Of a stretch of 64,000 nt of DNA, positions 54,401-64,000 are shown in pieces. Position numbers and translations under genes: made by a program. The notes below the pieces were generated by a model that was not told where the DNA came from, made no database searches, and was given only the letters and a program-made list of their open reading frames with translations. Position 1 is the stretch's first letter; each line of letters starts with the position of its first letter. This DNA is from Lama guanicoe (taxonomy: Eukaryota). The stretch is from assembly GCA_013239625.1 (NCBI GenBank), contig MU054166.1:13319-77318 (forward strand), read 5' to 3'.

Positions 54401-56162
54401 GAAAAGATACCCAATGGTCTCGTAATGGAATTAATAATACTGTTAAAATTGCCATACTACCCAAGGCAATTCACAGACTTAATCTGAGTTCCTATCAAAT
54501 TATTCAAAATATTTTTAGGACTGAATAAAATGATCATAAGGTTTATATAGATACAACAAAGATCCAAAATTTCCAAAACAATATTGAAGACAAAGAAAGA
54601 GGCTAGAAGAATAAACTGCCTGGTGTCCATACACTATTGCAGAGCTACAATAATCAAAATGTCATGATATTGGTACAGAAACAGGCATATGGACCAATGG
54701 AACCGAATAAAGAGCCTTGTAATAAATCTACAGGCCTATGTTCGATTAATATTTTACAGAGTAGCCAAGAATATGACAGAGAAAAGACCATCTCTTCACC
54801 AACTGGTGTTGGGAAAACTGGATAGCAGCATCAGGGCAATGGAGTTAGAACACTCCTTCACTCCATACACAAGAATAATCTCAAAATGACTTGAAGACTT
54901 AAATGTAAGGCAAGACACAGTAAATACCCTAGGAGAAAACATACGCAAAACACTCTGAGATAAATCGCAGCAATGATCTCCTAGAACAGCCTACCCAGGT
55001 AATGGAAGTAAGAGCAAAATTAATAAATAGGACCTAATTAAACTTATAAGCTTTTGCACAGCAAATGGAAACATAAACAGAGTAAAATGACAACCTACAG
55101 GATTAAAGAAAATATTTAGAAGTGATGCAACTGACAAAGGCTAAATTTCAAAAATATAAAGACTTCAAACAACCTAATAAAAATACTTAAAAAAGAAGAA
55201 ACCCAATCTGAAAATGGGCAGAAGCCCTAAACAAGCAATTCTCCAGTAGAGACATACAAATGGCACACAGATATATGAAAAAAAATTGCTCACTATCATT
55301 ATCAGAGAAGGGCAATTCAAAACTCTAATGAAGTATCACCTCACAATAGTCAAAATGGCCATCATTCAAAAGTCCACTGACAATAAATGCTGAGGAAGCT
55401 GCGGAGAAAGTGAACCCTCCTAGACTCTTGGTAGGAATGTAGTTTGGTGCAGTCACTGTGGAAAACAATATGGGGATTCCTCAAAAGAATAAAAATAGAC
55501 TTAAGATAAGATCCAGCAATCCCACTTCTGGGTATATATGAAAGAGAACCCTGATTCAAAATGTCCCCTGCACCCCAATGCTTTAAGTAGTGCTATATAC
55601 AACAGCCACGAAATGGAAGCACCCTAATTGTCCATCAACAGATAACAGTATACAGAATTTATGCCATATTTACACAATAGAATAATATTCTGCCAGAAAA
55701 AATGATAAAACATTTATGTTTGCAGAAAAATGGATGTCCCCATAATGTGTTTATCAAATTGAAGTAAGCCAGAAAGAGAAAGAAAAATAATACATGACAT
55801 GAAGTATGTAGAACCTTAAAAAAATTTTTGGATGAGAACACTATGATTTCATCTACAAAACTGAAACACACTTGCAGATCTAATTAATCATCCTATGGTT
55901 ACTGCTGAAAGGGGCAAGGAGAGGTTATATTTTAGAGCTGTAGAATTATAAATGTCATCCTTTATGTATAAAAATAGATTTAATCAAAATGTCTTTTGTA
56001 TGACACAGGGCAGTATGTTAAATATTGTGAAGTTAAATTTAATGGGCGCATAAACATATGCATGAAGTGGGACACTGTGCTATACACCAAAGATTGACAC
56101 ATTGTAAATGGCAGTACTTCAATGATAAGCAAATGAATAAATAAGTAAATAAGTAATTTAAA

Positions 56163-56202
<40 letters not shown>

Positions 56203-56205
56203 ATA
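51480..56205 (+). mobile_element. LINE-1 paralogue in unit B
   Basis: ORF fragments 52343-52558, 52571-52843, 53255-53653 and 53876-54103 are ORF2 pieces; (TAAA)n tail at 56130-56205. Confidence 0.92.
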
Positions 56206-59200
56206 GTATTTAATAATAAAAGAAATACAAAGATTCACACTACTTATCTTTAAATATCAAGAATCTAGGAGAAAACAGAAAGAATAAAAAAGAAAACTGA
56301 ATGAATGAGATTAAGGCAAATAACAAGAAAAACAATTGAAAAGATAAGAAAAAAATACCTAAGTCTGTTTGTTTTAAACATAAATTGGACAAACGTTTAG
56401 TTTGGCTAAGAAAATAAAGACTCAAATAAAATTAGAAATAAAAGAGAAGATATTACAACTGATGTAGTGATGCATAGCATCATAAGAAATTACCACTAGC
56501 CAACAATTTGAAAGACCTAGAACAAAAGACAAATTCCGAGAAACATATCTCTTCCAATACTGACTCAAGAAGAAATTAGAAAGTTAAATATAGCAAAAGT
56601 GTGTATGAGTAAATCAGTAATCCAAACCTCCCAAACCAGAAAACATTTACAAGATGACTTTGCTGGTGAAATCTGTGATACATTTGAAGACAATTTTTCA
56701 CCAATTCTTCCAAAAATCTTCCAAGAATTTGAAGGGGATGAAAGTATCCAAGTTTGTTTAATGGTGCCAGCTTTATTTGTATGAAAATGCTAGAAAGGAC
56801 ATTATAAGCAAAATATAGAATATTTTCCCTGATGTACATATGTACCAAAATTCTCAACAAAATACAAACAAAATGAATTCAACAACACATTTAAAGTATC
56901 ATACACATACATGAGTAAAGGGATTTATCCCTGGGTTTAAGGATACTTCAAAATATTCAACTCAATAAAGGTGACACATCACACTAGTAGAATGAGAAAT
57001 AAAACTCACATAATCATCTCAATAGGTGCAGAAATAGTATTATACATAATGCAACATACTTTTAATGTACTCAAAATAAATTAATTAACCCTGTCAGTGG
57101 CACGATATCATATACACACAAGCACTGTGTGGAGAGAAGCGAAGCAGTTCTCTCTTTATTGATTCTTAGAAAAAGGATTTATATAGGACTTTCACAATGC
57201 CTCACATATCATCTAAGTTATAACAATGTTAATAATCTTAAGCTGTTTTTGTCCCCATGCTCCCGCATAAGCACAGAAAGTTAAATGATAAAGGATTGTT
57301 TTAAAGTTCATCACGGAACTTCATTATGTAGGCCATCTCTTATCCAGCTGGCTGTGCCTGTCTTNNNNNNNNNNNNNNNNNNNNNNNNNNNNNNNNNNNN
57401 NNNNNNNNNNNNNNNNNNNNNNNNNNNNNNNNNNNNNNNNNNNNNNNNNNNNNNNNNNNNNNNNNNNNNNNNNNNNNNNNNNNNNNNNNNNNNNNNNNNN
57501 NNNNNNNNNNNNNNNNNNNNNNNNNNNNNNNNNNNNNNNNNNNNNNNNNNTTGACAGAAAATGAAGAAAATTTGATGTATATATGCAATGGAATCAATAC
57601 TTTGCATTTCTATCAACAGTGTCCACGGTGTAATCTTTTCTCCACAATCTCACCAACATCTATTTCTTTTCTTTTGGATGAGAGCCTTCTGACAAGTGTG
57701 AGGTCTTGTCTCATTTTTGGTTTATATCTTTCTTAAAAATTTATAACTCTGAACATATATTCATGTGTCATTTAGCCAACTCTAAGTTTTCTACAGATAA
57801 TTGATTCAGATCTATCTATTCAGTTCCAATGGACATTTTTTTTTGAATGGATTGTTTGGTCTTTTTTGTTTTTGTTGTGTGAGTTTGCCCTGTATTTTAG
57901 ATATTAACACTTGATAGGAAAATATCACTTGCAAATATATTCTCCCATTGTGTTGGTTGACTTTTCATTTTATTGAACATTTCTTCTGCAGTGTAAATCT
58001 GTTNNNNNNNNNNNNNNNNNNNNNNNNNNNNNNNNNNNNNNNNNNNNNNNNNNNNNNNNNNNNNNNNNNNNNNNNNNNNNNNNNNNNNNNNNNNNNNNNN
58101 NNNNNNNNNNTCTTTGTCTTTTTATGATTTATATGCCCAGGAGTGGGATTGCTGTGTCATATGATAGGTCTATTTTTATTATTTGAAGGAAAATCCATAC
58201 TGTTTCCAAAGTGGTTGCACCAATTTTCATTACCACCAAAAGTGTTGGAGTGTCTCTTTCTCTCTACAGCCTCCACAGTCTTTATTATTTGTAGACATTT
58301 TGATGACAACCCTTCTCAATAGTGTGAGATAAAACATTATTTTATTTTTGTCTTGCCTTTGTATAATGATTAGCAATGTGAGCAAGTTTTTATGTTCCTG
58401 TCTGAAATCTGTGTGCCTTTTTTAGGGAGTAGTCTTCTGCTCATTTTCTGGCTGAGTTGTTTGTAGATTTTTGTAATGGAGTTGTATGAATGATGTGTGT
58501 ATTTTAGAAATTAGCCTCTTGTTGATTGCATTGTTTCCTAATGTTTTCTCCCATTTGGAAGCTCATCTATTGATTCTGTTTATTTTGCTGTGTAGAAGTT
58601 TTAAGTTTAATTAGGACATATATGATTATTTTGCTTTAATTGTTTTCAGCTTGGGAAAATGATATAGGAAAATTTTACTACAATTTATGTATTGTTTTGC
58701 CTATGTTAGTTTCCATGTGTTTTATTTTGTCATGTATTAGATTCAGATACTTAAAACATTTTGAGTTTATTTTTGCACAGTGTGATGAGTGTTCTTATTT
58801 CATTGATTTATATGTAGATGTCTAACTTTCTCAACATCACTTGCTGATGTCTGTAATTTTGGCATTGTATATTTTTGTTTCTTTTGTCATAGTTTAGTTG
58901 ACCATATGTGTGGTGTTTTATTTCTGCCTCTGTGTTCTGTTCAGGTGATAAAGATGTTTGTTTGTTTTCCAGTATTATGCTGTTTTGATAACTGTATTTT
59001 TGTAATATATTCTGAGATCTGGGATGGTTATACTTTATGTCTCCAGCTTTGTCCTTTTTCCTCATTGTTCCTTTTGTAGTTCTGGTACTTTTGCAGTTCC
59101 ATACAAATCTGAGGATTGTTTAAATTTCTGTGGAAAATATCATGTAGTTTGATCTGAATCACTTTATATCTGTAGACATATTTGTAGTATGTAGATTTTA

Positions 59201-59789
59201 ACAATATTAATTCCTCTAAACTAAGACCTTGAGATTTCTTTCCATTTCTTTGCATCATCTTCAAATTTCTTTATCAGTGTCCTTTNNNNNNNNNNNNNNN
59301 NNNNNNNNNNNNNNNNNNNNNNNNNNNNNNNNNNNNNNNNNNNNNNNNNNNNNNNNNNNNTCATTTTTTGATTTCATATGGATTTTTTAAAATAATGGAA
59401 TATTTAATTGTTAGTGTAAAGAAATGTGACAGTTTTTGTATATTAATCATGAATCATGCAACTTTGTTAAATGTCTTTATTAGATTTAGTTGGTCTTGTG
59501 TGGAGAATCTTTAGGGTTCTCTATATAGATTATTAGGTCATTAAAATAATAACAGTTTTACTTCATTCAATCCAACTTGAATAAGTTATTTTCTATTCCG
59601 ATTGCTGTTGTTAGTATTTCCCATACTGTGTTTAATGGAAATGGTGAGAGTGAGCATTCTTGTCATATTCCTTAATTTGGCTTTTAGTTTTTCACTATTG
59701 CATATTATTTTGTCTGTGGTAATGTAATAAATGACTTTAGTTTTGTTGAGATATATTTCCTGAATCTTACTTTGGTAAGAGGTTTCTAT

Positions 59790-59842
59790 TTTTGTTGTTG
59801 GTTTTGTTGTTTTTGTTGCTGTTGTTGCCATTGTTGCTGTTC
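59790..59842 (+). repeat. Degenerate (GTT/GCT)n repeat inside an L1
   Basis: gttgttggttttgttgtttttgttgctgttgttgccattgttgctgtt; the equivalent site in unit A is the gap at 24989-25081. Confidence 0.75.
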
Positions 59843-60649
59843 TAATGAATAAATTTTGAATTATGTAAAATGCTTTTGATTGATTTATTGGGATAGCCAC
59901 GTCATTTTCTCTTTTTCTTTTGTTTATGTGGTGTATCAAACTTATTGATTTGTGTATGTTGAACCTCTGTTGTGGCCCTACAATGAAACCAAGTTGATTA
60001 TGCTATATGATTCATTTTTGTTATTGCTGGATTTAGTTTGCTAATAATATTTTGTTGAATATTTGCATCAAAATCAATCAAGTATATTGGCTTGAATATC
60101 TCTTTGACCGTACTTTGTTTGTTGGCTTTGCTGTCAGGGTAATGAAATCTTCATAGAATTAATTTGGGAGTTTCCCTCATCTTCAATATTTTTGAATAGT
60201 TTGAAGAGTATAAGTCCTGCTTTGTATTTTTGCACAGTTCTCCACGGGAGCTGTTTAAATCTGCCCTATTTTTTAAAGATTTTTTTAAATGCAGATTCTA
60301 TCTTTCTTCTAGTAATCAGTTTGTTAAAATTATTTGTTTCTCCTTATCCCTGTCTCCTTCTAGACATTTGTTTATTTCTTCTAATTTGTCCAGTTTATTG
60401 GCATATAAGTGTTGACAAAATGAACACCTTTTTCTATATCTGAGGCAACAATTGTTATTTCTCCACTTTTATTTGTGACTTTATTTCTTTTGTGCATCTC
60501 TCTTCTATTTATAATGCACCTGGCTAGAAGTTTTTTGATTTTGCTTATCTTAAAAAGAAAATATAAAACAAAATCTTTGGTTTTACTACACTTTTGCATA
60601 TTTTTTTCCTCTGTAATTTATATTTGCACCTGTAATATTTAGAATCATA

Positions 60650-63600
60650 TTGTTTCTTTTTTTGTACTTTTTTTATTGGTTTAGAGTCATTTTAGAAAGT
60701 TGTCTCCAATTCCAACGCAGAGCACAATTTTTCAGTTACAATGAATATATATACATTTGTTGTCCCATTTTTCCTTCTTTGAGCTGCTGTAAGATCTTTT
60801 GTATATTTCCCTGTGCTATACAGTACAATCCTGTTTATCTATTCTACAATTTTGGCCTCCCAGTGTATCTCTCCCTGCCCTCCGCCCCTTGGCAACCAAA
60901 ACATTGTATTCTATATCTGCGAGTCTATTTCTGTTTTGAATTTGGGCTTTTTTTGTTTTGTTTTATTTTATTTTTAGATTTCACTGATGAGCCATCTCAT
61001 ATGGTATTTTTCTTTCTCTTTCTGGCTTACTTCACTTAGACTGATTTTCTCCAGGAGCATCCATGTTCCTGAAAATGGCATTATGTTGACATTTTATATC
61101 ACTGAATAGTATTCCATTGTATAAATATACCACCTCTTCTTTATCTAGTCAACTGTTGATGGACATTTAGGCTGTTTCCATGTCTTGGCTAATGTAAATA
61201 TTGCTGGCTATGAATATTGGGTTTCAAGTGTCATCCTGAAATAGGGTTTCCTCTGGATTTATGCCCAGAAGCGGGACACCTGAGTCAAATGTTAAGTCTA
61301 TTCCTAGGCTTTTGAAGGATCTCCATCCTGTTTTCCACAGTGGCTGCACCAAACTGCATTGCCACCAGCAGTGAAGGACAGTTCCCTTTCCTCCACAACC
61401 TCTTCAGCATTTGTCATTTGTGGATTTTTGAATGATGGCCATTCTGACTAGTGTGAGGTGATACCTCACTGTAGTTTTGATTTGCATTTCTCTGATAATC
61501 AGTGATATTAAACATTTTCTGATGTGTCTTTTGATCATTTGTATCTCTTCCTTGGAGAAAGGCTTGTTTAGATTTTCTGCCCAATTTTGGATTGTGTTGT
61601 TTATTTTTTCTTACTCAGTAGGATGAGCTGCTTATATACTCTGAAAACTCTGAAGACCTTTGTCGGTTTCATATGCAAATTTTTTTCCCATTCTGTAGGT
61701 TGTCTTTCTGTTTCACTTCCGGTTTCTGTACTGTGCAGAAGCTTGTAAGTTTCATTATGTCTCATTTGTTTATAATTGTTTGCATTTCTTCTACAAGATG
61801 ATTTTCGATACGTATGTCAGATAACGTTTTGCCTTTATTTTCCACAAGGAGGTTGGTTTTATCTTGGCTTATGTTTAAATCTTTGATCCATTCTGAGTAT
61901 TTTTGTCTCTGGTGTTCTAGCTTCATTGGGAGTGTTCTTGCTTCATTAATTTCCATGCTGTTGTCTAGTTTTCCCAACACCATTTGCTGAAGAGACTGTC
62001 CCAATTCCATTGTATTTTCTTGNNNNNNNNNNNNTCAAAGATTACCAAAAGTTTCTGGGTTCATTTCTGCACTCTCTATTCTGTTCCTTTGGCTTACATG
62101 TCTGTTTTCCTACCAATACAGTGCTGTCATGTTGACTGTAGCTCTATACTATTATCTGAATTGTTAGCGTAAATATATGCCACTGATTTTTCAACCTTAA
62201 TCTTGTAACCTGCTACTTTGCTGAATTTTTCGGTCAGCTCTAGATGTTTTTGTCTGGATTTTGCAGGGTTTTCTATATATAATAACATATTATCTGTATA
62301 TAATGAGACTTTTACCTCTTCCTTTCCAGTTTGCATCCGTTTTAATTCTCTCTCTTGTTTGATTGCCGTGGCTAGGACTTCCAAGATTATATTGAGTTGG
62401 AGTGGTGATTTTGTGAATCCTTGTCTTGTCCCAGATTTTAGTTGGAAAATTTTGACTTTCTTACCATTGAGTACTATGTTGGCTGTAGGTTTGTTTTCTA
62501 TAGTTTTCATGATGCTGATATATGTTCCGTCTATGTCCACTTTGGTGAGAATTTTTATCATACGTGGAGTTTGAATTTTAACAAATGCTTTTCCTGCATC
62601 TATTGAGATGATCATGGTGTTTTGATCCTTTCTCTTGTTGATGTGCTGTATTACACTGATTGATTTGCTTATGTTGAACCACCCCTGTGTTCCTGGCATG
62701 ATCACCAATTGGTCATGATGTATAATCTTTTATCTGTGTTGTTGGATTCTATTTGCTACTATTTTGGTGAGGATTTTGGCGTCTGTGTTCATAAGTGATA
62801 TTGGCCTATAATTCTATTTTTGGTAGTGTCTTTGCCTGGTTGTGGTATCAGGGTGATTGTGGCTTCATCTTTGACTTTGGGAGTATTCCTTCCTTTTCAA
62901 TCTTCTGGAAGAGCTTGAGAAAGACTGGTATGAGTTCTTCTTTGTATCTTTTGTAGAATTCCTCCGTGAATCCGTCTGGTCCTAGACTGCTTTTTGTAAG
63001 GAAGTTTTATATTGCTATTTTGATTTCATTTCTAGTGCTTTGCTTGTTTAAGGGGTCAGTTTCTTCTTGATTCTGGTGGACAGTATGTTTCCAGAAACTT
63101 GTCCATCTCCTCTAGGTTTTCCAGTTTATTTCCATATACTTTTAATAATATTTTTGAATGATATTCTGTATTTCTTTTTAATTTGTTGTAATTTCTCCAT
63201 TCTCCTTCCTTATTTTGCTCTTAGTGCTCTCTGTCTTTTCTTTTAATTGAGTTTGGACAGAGGTTTGTTGATTTTACATACTTTTTAGAGAAACCAGCAT
63301 TTGGTTTCGTTGAATTATTCCCTATGGTGTTTTTAATATCTGTTTTATTTATTTCCTCCCCAATATCTATGATTTCCTTTCTTTTGCTGCCTTTTGTGGT
63401 TTTTTGTTCTTCTTTTTCTAGTGCATTCTGCTGGTGGGTTAAATTGTTTATTTGTGATTGTTCTTCTTTTTTGAGGAAGGCCTGTATCACTATAAACTAC
63501 CCTCTCAGCACTGCTTCTGCTGTGTCCCATAAATTTTGTGTGGTTTTGCTTTCATTTTATTTTGTCTCAAGGTACTTTTTCATTTCAGCTTTGATTTCTT

Positions 63601-64000
63601 CATTGAACCATTGGTTTTTTAATAACATATTGTTTAATCTCCATGTTTTCCTTTTGTTCTCCTTTGTTTCTCTGTTGTTCATTTCTAGCTTAATGGCATT
63701 GTGTTCAGTAAAGTTGCTTGAGGTAATTGAAAAATTCTAAAAATTGCTAAGGTTTCTTTTGTGCCCAAGTACATTATGAATCCTGGAAAATATTCCACGT
63801 GCACTTCAAAAGAATGTATATCCTATTTTGGGGGTTGCAATGCTCTGAAAATATCCACCAAGTGTAATATTTGTGTTGTGTTATTTAACTTCTATTTTGC
63901 CAAATTTATTTTCTGTATCGATGATCTGTCCAGTGATGTTAATGCAGTGTTGAAGTCTCCAAATATAAATCCCCCTTTAAATCTGTTAGTAATTATTTTA
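60650..64000 (-). mobile_element. Unit B copy of the near-full-length L1 (cut by the window end)
   Basis: ORF 62127-62708 is an RT fragment ([28 protein letters not shown]); the same internal deletion is at ~62160. Confidence 0.93.

Larger units (their letters stand above)
34510..64000 (+). repeat. Tandem segmental duplication, unit B (runs off the window end)
   Basis: Same order and orientation of all L1, LTR, microsatellite and HSFY segments as unit A; offset 34.5-34.75 kb. Confidence 0.95.

Noticed and set aside
62127..62708. 193-aa reverse-transcriptase ORF as a domesticated or novel RT
   Set aside because: An ordinary L1 ORF2 fragment with a broken catalytic motif (YTDN instead of F/YADD), truncated by a deletion; the paralogue is also disrupted.
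1..64000. CRISPR array, prokaryotic defence system or RNA gene
   Set aside because: No repeat-spacer structure, operon, or tRNA/rRNA-like sequence seen; the DNA is clearly mammalian.
1..64000. The two units being alleles or a duplicated mis-assembly
   Set aside because: Divergence, unit-specific insertions and deletions, and distinct HSFY lesions are far beyond allelic variation.

Overview
Mammalian (not prokaryotic) AT-rich, CpG-poor, LINE-1-dominated sequence with several N gaps. It is most likely Y-chromosome ampliconic DNA. The L1 3' ends resemble camelid L1s as I recall them, and I see no pig PRE-1 or ruminant Bov-tA/BovB elements, so a camelid source is likely; this is inference. The window is about 1.85 copies of a ~34.5 kb direct tandem repeat: position 1 corresponds to ~34510 and position ~29250 to 64000, with hand-checked 60-bp blocks 80-95% identical. 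Each unit carries one two-exon HSFY (heat shock transcription factor, Y-linked) copy on the minus strand. Both copies are pseudogenes. They share one nonsense codon and otherwise have different lesions. The rest of the unit is a fixed mosaic of L1 fragments, a near-full-length L1, two LTR relics, an L2-like relic and microsatellites. I find no intact protein-coding gene, RNA gene, CRISPR array or new enzymatic system. The interesting biology is the architecture and decay history of the HSFY amplicon.
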